Made by a program: the position numbers and the translations under genes. From Octopus bimaculoides (taxonomy: Eukaryota), in the NCBI RefSeq assembly GCF_001194135.2, contig NC_069001.1:482007-528754 (forward strand): a stretch of DNA of 46,748 bases, written 5' to 3'. This document shows, one piece after another, positions 25,576 through 38,841 of this stretch; the stretch's first letter is position 1, and every line of letters begins with the position of its first letter. The notes under the pieces are model-generated. The model was not told the DNA's origin. It searched no databases and saw only the letters and a list, made by a program, of their open reading frames with translations.

Positions 25576-27299
25576 TTAGATAAAGCTATAAATTATAGCC
25601 TGAAGAATATTAGGTTGAAGAAATAAAACCATTAATGAAAAATAGTCCAAGGTTGTCTACTGGACTCGAGCCCACATCTTCTGTGAACATAACGGATGTT
25701 CTATCATTGTACCAAAGCAACCCTTCGAATTTCTTCTATCCATTTTAGAGGCTTTGTTCAAAAGTTATGGGGTGCCTCACTCCCAGTGGTCTTCTAGCAT
25801 GCTATACAACAACCCGGAAATTCTGAGGGTCCGTGCTAACGTAGTAACCAATTTGGAGACACCGCTGTTTCAATCTTATAATTTTAATATCTAAATTTCA
25901 CTTAACATGAAGTTGGTTCAGCCTTACTTTCGATGGTGAAAGAACCGAATTAAGCCCCAGCAAAGACTACCTATGAGTTTTAGGTAAAAGTTTGCAGGCG
26001 ACCAACGAACCAACTAACCAACAAGCCGCGTGTGTCACTTTGACTGTAAGAACTGCTATGGATCAAGAGTCCTTCCCAAGCCATAGGCTCATAGAGTTGG
26101 TTTCCTGGATCCTGTGGCCTATACATTTCGCACCCTGGACGGGACACGGGTCCTTCGCAGAATAACTGAAATTCTGTTAGATCCTAAAATCTTCGTCGTA
26201 TTTTATTTTATTTCTATTTTTTGTGTGGAGAGTTATTCGATCACCATTTAACGTTGGTTTTAAGTCATTAGGATGACAGGCAAAGTTAATCTCAAAGGAT
26301 TTCAACTCAAACTGTAAATAATCGGAATAAATACCAAAAATTATTGTTTCCGACGCGTTAACGATTTTATCAGTTCACCAATAATGAAAATCAAAATTGA
26401 TTTATATATTTTGGGGTATTCGCTTGCGTTAAAATACGCTTGCTTTGCTTTGTCCTGAGTCCTTATCTCTTCATTGGGGGGGTGGGCGAGTTTGGGGTAT
26501 TTTAACACTTGGAAGAACCCATCCATGTCTAGGCCTGACCACAGACGGAGTTTTTTGTTCCAGAAAGATTAACAGACAGACGGAAATAAATAAGTAAAGA
26601 AAGGAAGGAAGGAAATTGACTCCTGTAAAGGATTAGTGAATTACTTATGGACACCAAAAAAAAAAAAAAGTAAACGGCAAAGCTAACCTTGGTGAGATTT
26701 GAAATCAGAGTGCAGTGAACCGAAACGATTGCTGCAAACTAATCTCTCGGTCGCTTCAACAGCTTTACCCAATGATCCATTTCGAAATATATCCGATCTA
26801 GTAAGGAGCTCGTCAAATTAGCAATCTTGATTGGAAGAGTTAATTAATTAAAATATCTTAAGACGAAACAGCAGAGGAGAATGGGAATCAATACACATAA
26901 CAATGATGGCGGTGGTGGTGCTGATGAGGATGATGCCCACAAGTTGTACAGTTTGGGACAGAGATATTGTGTTTACTGGGAAAATAAAAATTGAAGACCG
27001 CTTCCGTGAGATTCGAACTCGGGACGTAAAGGGACGAAATTAATTATTGTAAGTCAGTCACTTTGGTTCTTTACCGATTGTACATCAACAACAAATATAA
27101 ATCAATACCTTTTTATGATTATCATCATTATTATCATCATCGCCAATACTAACAATAAACTAATACACACACACACACATATATAGACGTGTATATGTAT
27201 GTGTGTGTGTATATATGCATAGACATACATGCATGCCTATGTATGCCTTGGCCAAAACAATATCTAATGGTGTTGTTTTTCTCGTGTGTATATATATAC

Positions 27300-27333
<34 letters not shown>

Positions 27334-27336
27334 ATG

Positions 27337-27378
<42 letters not shown>

Positions 27379-27521
27379 CATAATTGTGTGTGCGCGCGCG
27401 CTCATACACACACGTCGCCTCAACAGTTTCGGCACGAATCAAGAATTACGCGTTTCTACGAAGAATAAAAGAAACCAAAGAGAAGCCGAAGATGAAGAAA
27501 ATGAAGAAAATGATGGAGATG

Positions 27522-27587
27522 ATGGAAGCTGATGACGAAGATGAGATGATGAGGCTTATCTTCGGCTTATCAAAGTTAGGCAACAAA
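27522..27587 (+). repeat. 66-bp perfect inverted repeat, left copy
   Basis: Exact reverse complement of 32124-32189, checked base by base. Confidence 0.95.
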
Positions 27588-28064
27588 AGTCTTGTGTATA
27601 AAAGCAAAACAAAAAGCAGCGCAATGAATAAATAAAAATGATAACAACAAGGAAACAACAATTATAATGAATTGAAATATAAAAAAAGAAAAGAAAGAAA
27701 ACGGAGAAAAAGTAAGAAGACGAGGCGGAAATGGACGGAGAGCGACGGGGAAAGTCGGACATTAAAAGGGTGCCGTCGTTGGTGAAGAAAATAGCTTAAA
27801 ATGTCGGATACGTATCGAGTCAATTTCCCCGTCTTTCCTTGTCTACCTTCCCGTCACCTCTTTCTGGCTCACGTTGCTAATTTTCTTCAGATGTTCTGTT
27901 CACACCAAATCACTTTAACCGACTCTCGAGAACTGTAGACAATAGCTGTTTGGTTTTAATCTTTGAGGAAAAGAAAGAGCCACACACAACAACACACAGA
28001 TAACACAAGCACTACTTACACACTTCATTCGCTTTTATCTCTCTCTCTCTTTCCCTATCTATCC

Positions 28065-28106
<42 letters not shown>

Positions 28107-28179
28107 TTATTTATTTATCTGTCTATATATCTCTATCATTCTATCAGTTTATATCTATCTACCTAGCTATTTACCTGTT

Positions 28180-28219
<40 letters not shown>

Positions 28220-29049
28220 CCCCCTAATCCTGTTTCTCTCCCTCTCACATGTACGGGTAGAAAGATAGATATCTACCCATCTATAGTCTCGCTGACTCTT
28301 TTCACTATTACAAATTCTCTCTCTCTCTCTCTCTCTCCCCTTCTCTACACCTCCGTTATTTCCGATCTTTCAGTGCCTGTTAGAAACCATTGCATTTATG
28401 TTCCTCGTGACAATCCTCTTTCTCCCCCAACTCATCATCATCAACATCATCAAAGCTGTCTTCACTCCACTACAAGTTTAGTTTTTACTGGCTTCACCAT
28501 CATTCCTATCTATCTATCTATCTATCTATCTACCTATCTATCTACCTATCTATCTATCAAACAATTTATATCTCTCTCAATATATCTATTTCTCTCCCTT
28601 CTTTCTTTCTATTTTTGTTTCCTTTAGTTTGAGATTTATTCCTCTTTTTCTTTTTCTTCCTTGTTTCTTTATTGTTCTTTTAGCAACGCAAAGTTCTAAG
28701 TAAATATTGGTGAAATATGTGGACGTTAGAAATTCCATCAGAACAAAAGAATCTCGTGGACCTCGCCGATGAATTTAGCAGTCATCTGGTCGTGACCCAA
28801 CTGCAGCGTTTTAACGCCCGATCTTTGCCATTGCTGCACGCTTCATCGATTAAATGTCAAACACAGGTGCCGCCATAGCGTTTTGAGGAAAGAGGAAAGA
28901 GGGGAAAAAATGAATATACATAGACGTGTGTGTGTATAAGAAGCAGAAGTCATCCAATATTTCATTCTATTGTTGTTAGGAAGACGTTAACGTTACAGAG
29001 TTGGTAGAAAGATAGATAGATAGATAGACTGAATGACAGATACACAGAC

Positions 29050-29116
<67 letters not shown>

Positions 29117-29441
29117 TCGGTAGGAGGACATTCAGTTTTCAGCTCAAGAGATGTTAGTTCGTATATCACATGCGACGTTGCACCTGAGGTCGTAGATGAT
29201 ATTTCCCTCTTTATCCAGCATCCTTTTTGGTTTTCTTTTAGCGTAAAATTAAATAACGGATAAAATTCTTGCATTTGCTACTCTTAGAGAGGACGCTAAA
29301 CCGTTCTGTTGTCGGTTTTCCCCAATCTAATATTAGACAATTGAGCGTAGAATTAGATGATTTTTGTACAGTAAAAACAATAAAATGACTGTAGGGAGAT
29401 TAAACTTCCTAGCTAATTAGAGATATTTCGGTGTCATATTA

Positions 29442-29630
29442 GAGCGGTGGCTTGGCAGAATCGTTTGAGAGGCGGATAAGATTCTTGGCGCTAATTGTTA
29501 TTCCTCTATACGTTCAAATCCTGTCGAGGCCAACTTTGCTTTTTATTCCTCAAGGATCGATAAAATAAAATGCACGTCAAATACAGGATCGATATAATTC
29601 ACTAATCCTCCTTGCCAAGATTTTTGGTCT
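29442..29630 (+). mobile_element. SINE-like family A copy (diverged)
   Basis: ttggcagaatcgtt...gttcaaatcctgtcgaggccaactttgc...gatcgataaaataa. Confidence 0.65.
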
Positions 29631-30004
29631 GTTGTCCATGTAATGAACGCCTATTTATGCAGCCACTTTTTACTATGAACCGAGACGAATTCTTCCATGT
29701 ATACGTGATGCGCGCACCCGTTTCATTAAATACACGACTATGTTTAAGTTTTTTTTACTCCTTTTTATTTATATTTTCTTAAAAAACTTTTTATGGATGG
29801 TTTAGAATAGTAGAGTTCTTAAACCCATATTCGACGTTTCCAGACCTTCACAGTTTCAATTACCAAGAACCGAATGTATTTGGTTTTTGTGTCGTTTTTT
29901 TATATATATATTGAAATCTTGTAGACTTTGCCGCCAAGAAAAAGCTGTTCCGTCATATAGTGTTTTATCTTCTTCTTCTTCTCCTCCTCCTCCTCCTCCC
30001 CCTC

Positions 30005-30375
30005 CAGGCGCCATGTCCAGAATGTAGGATAGAGGCGATCGTGTCCTGCCATTATTCTGTTCTTTGTTGTCTCTAACAGTTCCACTTCTTCTTCTTTCTT
30101 CCAACCACTTCATCAAACTCGACATCCACATCATCCTTCTCCTCTTCCTCTCCCTCTTTTCCCTTCGATCTTTCCGGTCATCATTAAATTCTCCCTGAAC
30201 CCTCTTTCTTCATCACGTGACCAAGGAACCTCACTTGCTTGGCCCTCACCTCACGAAGAAGGTTTCCTCTTTACTTCTTCATTAGACACTTCATCCGTCC
30301 ATGTTATCCTCAATATTCTCCTTAAGAACCACATTTCGCAGCCCTCCGAGCACCCTCTCATTTCTGGTGTTATAG
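30005..30375 (-). mobile_element. RTE/BovB-like LINE ORF C-terminal fragment (degenerate)
   Basis: CEMWFLRRILRITWTDEVSNEEV / LLREVRAKQVRFLGHVMKKEG / NLMMTGKIEGKRGRGR / RMMWMSSLMKWLEE / VELLETTKNR across several frameshifts. Confidence 0.85.
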
Positions 30376-30924
30376 TGTTTATGGAAGCTGAATAACACTT
30401 CACAAACTGTTAGTCAGAGTTTCACGTAACCCAACATTAGATGGTCAAGAATTGTTTTTTTTTTATATAACAATAGAGTAAAAAAAAGAAAACTCTCACT
30501 GCCGTCAAATGATAGGTTACGCGAAACTTGGAGTAACAGTTTCTGAAGTCTTTTTTTTTTTCTCTCGGCTTCAATAAGACACACTGTTTTTAATATACTT
30601 TTGGTATTTGAGCACTGTTTTCTAGAACGTGTTATTGGCATGTGTGTATGTGTGTGTTTGTGTTTGTCCCCCAACATCGCTTGACAACCGATGCTGGTGT
30701 ATTTACGTCCCCCGTCACTTAGCGGTGAATATTTGTGTGTACATGTGTCTGTGTATGTGTGTGGGCGTGCAATGGAAGTATGTGATTGTTTGTGTGAAAC
30801 CAGCGTTCTTTCAGTAACAAAGGATGATCGATGTCACATCTCAAAAGACAACCACTGGATAACATTGACAAGTGTATTAATTTGATTTACCATCCATATT
30901 TGTATATATAAAACACTACAATTA

Positions 30925-30957
30925 GCCGTCATTTTTGACGGCACGGGGTTAGCTAGT
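30925..30957 (+). mobile_element. Helitron 3' terminus
   Basis: Hairpin gccgtca-tttt-tgacggc (30925-42), a 10-nt spacer, then CTAG (30953-56) followed by T. This is canonical Helitron end geometry. The 5' TC end was not located. Confidence 0.7.
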
Positions 30958-31233
30958 ATGAAATATTATTTACAGACTTGCCACCCGTCACCGCTTCTCC
31001 AATCATGGCATGTACATATATGTGTGTGTGTGTGTGTGTGCGCGTGTGCGTGCGTGTGTGTGTGTGTGTATTGTTGTCGTTATTGTACCTGGAAAGAACC
31101 ACTTTGTCAATATGATTTTTTTCCAAGGAACATGTCCCAACATGGGATTTCTTATCGAGCCTATTGCAAAACGAGAACATACATAGACGTCTGAGTGTGT
31201 GACATTTAGATATGTGCGCGTGTCTAGGTAGAT

Positions 31234-31458
31234 ACATACATACATACAATACATACATGCATACATACAATACATACATACATGCATACAATACATACAT
31301 ACATGCATACAATACATACAATACATACATACATATAATACATACATACATGCATACATACAATACATACATACATGCATACAATACATACAATACATAC
31401 ATACATACAATACATACATACATGCATACAATACATACATACATACATACATACATAC
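31234..31458. repeat. Compound (CATA)n microsatellite with a higher-order approx. 21-nt unit
   Basis: TACA units punctuated by TACAA and TGCA, with recurring aatacatacatacatgcatac. Confidence 0.9.
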
Positions 31459-31957
31459 GTCACATTTTTTTAAAAGTACCTCTAAATTGAAAACAATGCA
31501 TTGCTAACACAATGTAGCACACAGTATTGCGTTAGAAACCTTTAATATACACTTTGCAGTATATTACGGTCGCAAAACGAAACACGGTGTCCCTGCCAGC
31601 AATTCATATACGTGTGTGTGTGTGTGTGTGTATTCTTTCTCTTGTTTCGTTCATTGAACCGCAGGTTTGGTCGATATCAAATCGAACTAAATTACTTAGT
31701 TCAGTGTGGTGCGTAATATATCGATCTCTATTCATCGAACCGCTACCCTAACGGCATACAAACACGCCACATAAACAACGGCGTAAATATTCTTCTCGCT
31801 GGCGCCATAAGCACTGACAGGGAACTCGCACGCGAGCGGCGCACAAATGGCATCGATATATCACATCCCAGTTCGTACACTCATGGAGAGTGCTCTATAG
31901 CAAATTAGAAATAAATTATGCGGAGCTATGACCAGCCTCTATATAAAATATAGTGAA

Positions 31958-32123
31958 GGGGCGTGGCTTCGTGGTTTAGGGTATTCGGTTTACGACCGTA
32001 AGGTCAGGAGTTCAATTTCCAGCGACGTGTTGTGTCCTTGGGCAAGATACTTTATTTCACGTTGCTTCAGTCCACTCGGCTGGCAAATTTGGAGTTGTAC
32101 CTTCTATTCAATGGGAGCCAACC
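31958..32123 (+). mobile_element. tRNA-derived SINE family C, 3'-truncated
   Basis: A box tggcttcgtgg (31964-74), B box gagttcaatttcc (32008-20), then a CORE-like tgtccttgggcaag...cagtccactc. A related reverse copy lies at about 14310-14520. Confidence 0.75.
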
Positions 32124-32189
32124 TTTGTTGCCTAACTTTGATAAGCCGAAGATAAGCCTCATCATCTCATCTTCGTCATCAGCTTCCAT
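32124..32189 (-). repeat. 66-bp perfect inverted repeat, right copy
   Basis: Exact reverse complement of 27522-27587. Confidence 0.95.
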
Positions 32190-32236
32190 ACATATATATA
32201 TGTATATAAATATATATACGCATATACATATATATT

Positions 32237-32356
<120 letters not shown>

Positions 32357-32642
32357 CAACTTGGAAATTTCTGTTCTAAAGAAATATTTCTTACGTTTTA
32401 GACATCTCATCCTTAAAAGAGACTTTCTTCATCTTTACCATTTATCATCCGATGTCGTGACCGAAGAAACCAAAAGTGCAAAATAGATGGCACCGAAAGA
32501 AACCGATTCCTTTTCTTATCGTTATTTTCGCCATAATTATGGACATCTCTCTTCTCCCCCCTCTCTCCCTCTCTCTCTCTCTGTCTAGCTGTCTCATTAC
32601 TTATCTCTTTCTGTGCCCTTTTCCTTATCTATCTTTCTTTCT

Positions 32643-32698
<56 letters not shown>

Positions 32699-33146
32699 NN
32701 NNNNNNNNNNNNNNNNNNNNNNNNNNNNNNNNNNNNNNNNNNNNNNNNNNNNNNNNNNNNNNNNNNNNNNNNNNNNNNNNNNNNNNNNNNNNNNNNNNNN
32801 NNNNNNNNNNNNNNNNNNNNNNNNNNNNNNNNNNNNNNNNNNNNNNNNNNNNNNNNNNNNNNNNNNNNNNNNNNNNNNNNNNNNNNNNNNNNNNNNNNNN
32901 NNNNNNNNNNNNNNNNNNNNNNNNNNNNNNNNNNNNNNNNNNNNNNNNNNNNNNNNNNNNNNNNNNNNNNNNNNNNNNNNNNNNNNNNNNNNNNNNNNNN
33001 NNNNNNNNNNNNNNNNNNNNNNNNNNNNNNNNNNNNNNNNNNNNNNNNNNNNNNNNNNNNNNNNNNNNNNNNNNNNNNNNNNNNNNNNNNNNNNNNNNNN
33101 NNNNNNNNNNNNNNNNNNNNNNNNNNNNNNNNNNNNNNNNNNNNNN

Positions 33147-33182
<36 letters not shown>

Positions 33183-34547
33183 CAAACATACATACATACA
33201 ATACACATACACACATACATAACTACATGTTTGTATGCCTGTGTGTATACACATATACATATCTTTTGTGTATAAACGGAAGAAAAGTGCATTCAATACA
33301 TGATATAAGTTAGTAATTATTAGGAATCAATTCATAATTTCTTCCGTTGCTACTCAGAGTTTCACGCAACCGACGCTCATTCAGGTAGATGTCGCTTGAT
33401 TAACTTGGAGCAATATCGAGATCAATGATCAATCAATTCGTAGAACATACATACACACGCAGACACAGGTATGTATGTATGTATGTATAAGAGTGTATTT
33501 TGTGTATGTGCGTGTGAATGAGTTCATAATTATACATATGAAAAAATATATATAATAAATATGTAAATATATGTGTGTGTGTATATATATACACACACAC
33601 TCACAAATATATATGTATGTATGTCTATGTACATTTACGTGTGTTTAGAGAGATCAATATATTCGGTTTTGATGTTGTAACTGGATATTTTGTTTGGATA
33701 TCTACGCATGATTATAGGTGTGTATGCATGCGTGCTTATACATAAACACACACACACACATACACGTGTGTGTGTGTGCATTCATGCGTACGTCCGTTTG
33801 TGTGGATGTGTGAGTGTCTATAGGTAAATTCTACCAATATTATACATAAATTTACGTATTTATATCGAAATAAATGTACATAGGTACAAGTTGTGTGTAC
33901 ATATCCATACATCCGCACGCACGTTTGTGTGTGTGCGTGCGGGTGTGTGTTTGTTCGTGATTGTGCGTTTAGTTATCTATCTGCTTGTCTGCCATTTTGT
34001 CTGTCAATCTATCTATCTATCTATCTATCTATCATTCTATCTATCTATCTATCTATTTATCATTCTATCTATCTATCTATCTATCTATCTTAAATAGATA
34101 GATAGATTGACATGTATTTCACGCACTAGCACACACACACGCGCGCGCGCGCGCACGCACACACAGAGTTCCCCACATGAAATTGGGTGGGGGGGGGTGA
34201 AATTCATTGAAATGACAATCACCAGACGATATAGCATGCCAAGTGACAATCTAAAAAGATATTTCATTGAGATCTTTTAAACATCTTATTACCGTCGGGT
34301 CACTGAAGATGTAACCTCTTTGGGAGGGAAGCGTTTCATTGCAGCGACCCTTCTCCTTCTTCATTTCATTTCAACAGGACCGCACGGAATGCCGCATAGC
34401 AAATAAAATAGATATAGCAAATAAAATAAACAATCGTATATTCATTTTCTTACTAAAGTATGTTTTATTGTTCTTGTTGGTTGGTTTGTTTTTGTCTGGT
34501 TTTTGTATATTTCGCTTTTTTTTTGCGAGCTCCTTATCTTTGACTAT

Positions 34548-34591
<44 letters not shown>

Positions 34592-34737
34592 AAGCTATCA
34601 TATCCTACTTTACTTAGCAGGGATGTTGTCATGAGGTTTGATGACAAGTGTCCTCAAGTCCCAAGAATCTTTCTTAGAACTCTCCTACAATACAAGATGG
34701 CACTTTTCTACAGGTCGACAATGCGAGTCTCAATTCC

Positions 34738-34890
34738 AAATGCTTAGCGGTAGTTCAGATTCCGCCGAGGTCGACTTTGCCTTTCATCCTTTCGGGGTCA
34801 ATAAATTAAGTACCAGTTGCGTACTGTGGTCGATCTAATCGACTGACCCTGTACCCCAAAATTTCGGGCCTTGTGCCTAGAGTATAAAAA
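34738..34890 (+). mobile_element. SINE-like family A copy (well preserved core)
   Basis: ttccgccgaggtcgactttgcctttcatcctttcggggtcaataaattaagtaccagttgcgtactg.ggtcgatctaatcgact. Confidence 0.85.
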
Positions 34891-34892
34891 AG

Positions 34893-35410
34893 TTCATTTG
34901 TACTGCTTTTGGGCCAGTTCTGAGCATCCACTAATTACATGTCCAACTGTCTCAGATGATTTTTCACATTATCTACACAAAGGTGAAACCGTTGTCTTAT
35001 TAATTCTACACTTGATTGAATTGGTTCGTAAGTTTTGTTCTTGAGCAGCAAGAATCAATTCTTCTGTCTCTTTCTTTAATAATCCATGCCTTAACCATCT
35101 CCAGGATTCTTCATCAACTTCATCCGATGTTTGTTAGAAAATCTCTTATCTTTGACTACTACTACTACTAAAGCTATCATATCCTAATCTCTTTCTAGTT
35201 GATGATCTTTTCTCTATTATTAGTCTTCGTATTGTACTCCTGCAGTGTCTCGCCATTAACACTGATCATCTTCTTACTCAGTGCAGCCTGCAACATTCTT
35301 TCATCGCCATTTCTCAGATAGGCGTGAGGGATTTGATCTCTTCCATAACGCTACCCTCTTCTGTTCCAACTAATCCTCTTTCAACTTCCTTCCTAAATAA
35401 AGTCTCGCTA
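34893..35410 (-). mobile_element. R4/Dong-like (REL-endonuclease) non-LTR retrotransposon fragment
   Basis: RKEVERGLVG / YLRNGDERML / SWRWLRHGLLKKETEELILAAQEQNLRTNSIKCRINKTTVSPLCR*CEKSSETVGHVISGCSELAQKQYK*. This is the W.WL..G.LKKETE...AAQ.Q motif plus the CCHC knuckle that precede the RLE nuclease. Broken off at a SINE. Confidence 0.85.
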
Positions 35411-36310
35411 CGTTACTTCTAGCTATTACTTCTTAGTTTTTTTTCTTTTCTTTCTTTTTATTTATTTATTTATTTATTTTTTTGCTATCTATGCTGACCA
35501 TTGTTCCTCCATTGCCTGTTGATTGAAAACACACACTCTCAATCGCAGTTCAGTAAAAAATTATGAATTTTTCTCAGTTTTCACTGTGATATGTTTCCGT
35601 TAAAACATTTCGTCATTCTTGAGGAGAAACGAACCAGTTTCATTTTAGTGAATCATTTCAATTGTTTAAACTCATAACCGACCCAGTCGCAAGCGTTCGT
35701 CTGATGGATTTCATTTAGTCTTTTATTTAGACTCGTAAAATTGTCAGTTTTCCTGAAATAGAAAAATCCATGGATTTCTTGGAAAAAATAATAATGTTCA
35801 TCTGAGACGAACGTAACATACAAGGAGTGAAAGAGAGTTTAATTGAAGGAATGGGAAAAGAGAGAGAGAGAGAGAGAGAGGTAGGAGAGTTAAAGAAAGA
35901 GAAAGGGGTGCAGAGAGGGAGAAAGAGAGGCGGTGAGACAAGTGTTGACTTTAATAGAAACAGCAGCGTTGTCTCGATGATAATAATAGGTGACGTCACG
36001 GTGGAAAACATTCTGTCGTCTGCTTCGAATCTCTTAATACTGAAGGGAAAAATCAACAACAACAACAACAGCCGCAATCATTTTTAGTCTTTGCTTTTTC
36101 TCAATTTACATATATATATATTTTGTACATCAAACCGAAGCAGTTTTATTTGTTTATTTGCCTCATTATCTCCATATCTGCTCGCATGGATTCCTCTTAC
36201 AGCCACTCGTTACCCGGCAATCTAAAGTCCTCGGTAAAAGTTTCAGAGTCTAAGTTCAAATCATTTGAGCGCGTCAGAGTGTTTTCTATATTGAGGATCT
36301 CTGGATCTTT

Positions 36311-36361
<51 letters not shown>

Positions 36362-37194
36362 CGGAGAGAATGAGAGAGTGAAAGAGAGAAAGAAAAAAGA
36401 AAGAGAGACAGAGATTTGGTAGAAGGAACAGGAGAAAAGAACTCAATGCATTTTTTAAATTAGTTTTATTCGACAGAAAGATATACAGGTTACTCGAAGG
36501 CTGAGAGTTCGATAAGTATGATAAACGAAACATGAGGTCCGTGAATCGCTTTGTCATTTCTGCTGATTAAAAGCGATATTTAGACTTTTTCTATCCAAAG
36601 AGATCTTTAATCCTATCTTTACATGCTATCATTTATAGCTTTATCTACTTCCATCATTAAAAATAAATTATTTCACGTTTGACGAAATTTTTAAATTCTT
36701 ATAACGTAAATAATACATACATACATATGATACAAGAAGAGCACAGTGTAAGGTGTTCCCAGCAACAATACTAGCGATGTAGTTTGTAAAACCGTATTAC
36801 ATTGATGGTGGCATCACTGTAGTTCATGGGAAGCCTCGTTGAGTTTAGCGATTAACATAGAAGTATGGGAGTTTGAAAAGAAATGAAAAGAAATTGAGCG
36901 GAAGTGACGACAGGGAAATTTGATAATTTCATATGGACGGGGTATGGTGAATAGAGAGAAACAGCAACGTCACTCATACATTTCAATAGTCGAGCAAGAT
37001 TATAGCTACGTTCACATGTAGCTCTGATGGCTATCATTCGTCGGCATGCAAGACACCGAACTGCCTTCTTGGTGGTGTTGTTCGTTGCTGGATATAAATA
37101 CGTTGGAACGGTGTAAGTGAGCAGTTATTTCTGAAATACTGAAGGTGTCACCAGAAGGTATTATACAAGGTATTATATCGGTGAATGCGTCATA

Positions 37195-37665
<471 letters not shown>

Positions 37666-38275
37666 AAGGGAATTTATGTCAATAAACTTAAGAGATTTCA
37701 CTAGTTCTCTTTATGTTCTCTTTATGAAATAATGTGATGTCATGTTGTCACTTCCGGTCAATCTACTTTCGTTTTCTTTTTTTTTTACCCTTAAATTGCA
37801 TGTTAACCATTTTACTTTAGTCATATAACAGTTAACATGCAGTTTACAGTCATTAAAATGCACAGATTGTCCTGAAAATAATGGAAGTAAATTGCGATGG
37901 AAAGCGGAAGTGACGACAATGACATCCCATAAATTCATGCAAACACTCTATGTGACATAGCTAATGTACATATATTTAAAGTCAGATGAAAACCATATAT
38001 TTTCTTATATAAAATAAAAAAACAAGAGATCCTCCTCAGCGGTGTTCATTGCTGATATAATACATTGGAACGGTGTAAATCAGCTGCTATTTCTGAAATA
38101 TTCAAGATATCACTAAAAAGTACGAAGCATATTGATTCGGTGGATAGGGCAATGTGAGGGAGTTAATAAAATTAATGGATTTCACTTGTTCTCTTTATGA
38201 AATTATAAGAGATCACTTTTGTCACTTCAGGTCTATTTACTTCTATTTTAAACCCTGAAACTGTGTATTAACCAT

Positions 38276-38281
38276 TTTATT
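38276..38281 (-). promoter_or_regulatory. Candidate polyadenylation signal for the NR2E gene
   Basis: AATAAA on the minus strand about 320 nt 3' of the stop codon. The hexamer is common in AT-rich DNA. Confidence 0.25.
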
Positions 38282-38599
38282 TTAGTCTTATCAATCATTT
38301 GATTTATCATAACAACGGATTGATATTACATTTTTAACGTTTGCCCGTCCAAAATCCTTTTTATAAGTTACTCCTAAAAGTCCTTGCTTGTTTTCTGACT
38401 TTTATGTAGCCCTTGTTTTATACGTTCTGAGTAATATAAAGCTCTTCTATCATAAGCCCCAACTTACTCTGGTGGTTTCAAAACATTTGGTAATGTGTAT
38501 CCTATATGATGCCAGGGAAAGATGTCTTGTGTATCACGTGTGATACACAGGACAGACAAAGGGTTAAAACGTCGGGATATAATTGGGAAGTAATTCACT

Positions 38600-38841
38600 T
38601 CAGCTCGACTTGAACATATCACATAGTAATCTTTCAATAGGGACACTGCCGATCATTCGCCGGAAAAATAGTTCCTCGATGGATCGCGGATTAACCAAAC
38701 GAATGCTGGGTAAAAGGAGCAGTAATTTTCCAAAGCGAGGCTGTACGGCTGCGTGGTGTCGTGAAATGTAATCGTTCAACATTATCTGTGCTTGGTCTTG
38801 AAGGCGATCCACTTGCTTGGAGTCGCGGAGTCCTTTCACTT
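38600..38841 (-). CDS. NR2E-family nuclear receptor (PNR/NR2E3-like), last coding exon: LBD C-terminal helices including AF-2
   Basis: Acceptor tttgtttag at 38842-43, phase 1. Reads (E)VKGLRDSKQVDRLQDQAQIMLNDY...RFGKLLLLLPSIRLVNPRSIEELFFRRMIGSVPIERLLCDMFKSS*, with TGA at 38600-02. The LQDQAQ, RFGKLLLLLP and FFR..IG..PIERLLCDMF motifs are characteristic of NR2E. Exact orthologue (NR2E3 vs PNR-like/NR2E6 vs TLX) unresolved, so no symbol is given. Confidence 0.95.

Noticed and set aside
25781-25866. Possible tiny hAT MITE (cagtggtctt... / ...tttggagacaccgctg)
   Set aside because: Terminal similarity is too weak and there is no convincing TSD.
31958-32030. tRNA-like sequence with A and B boxes (also 42901-42965)
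   Set aside because: The cloverleaf is degenerate and continues into SINE body sequence shared with other copies, so these are SINE heads, not tRNA genes.
27522-32189. Reading the 66-bp inverted repeats as TIRs of a 4.7-kb DNA transposon
   Set aside because: No TSD, no transposase, and the interior is ordinary old repeats. The left arm is continuous with its outer flank. Kept as a templated-copy finding instead.
32476-33296. Long ORFs (187-293 aa) spanning N runs, also at 41904-42599 and 43559-44470
   Set aside because: Their length comes from X residues across assembly gaps.
34129-34164. Alternating purine-pyrimidine (CA)n(CG)n tract (Z-DNA prone)
   Set aside because: Real but unremarkable in this repeat-rich sequence; its persistence only reflects the CpG-retaining right half.
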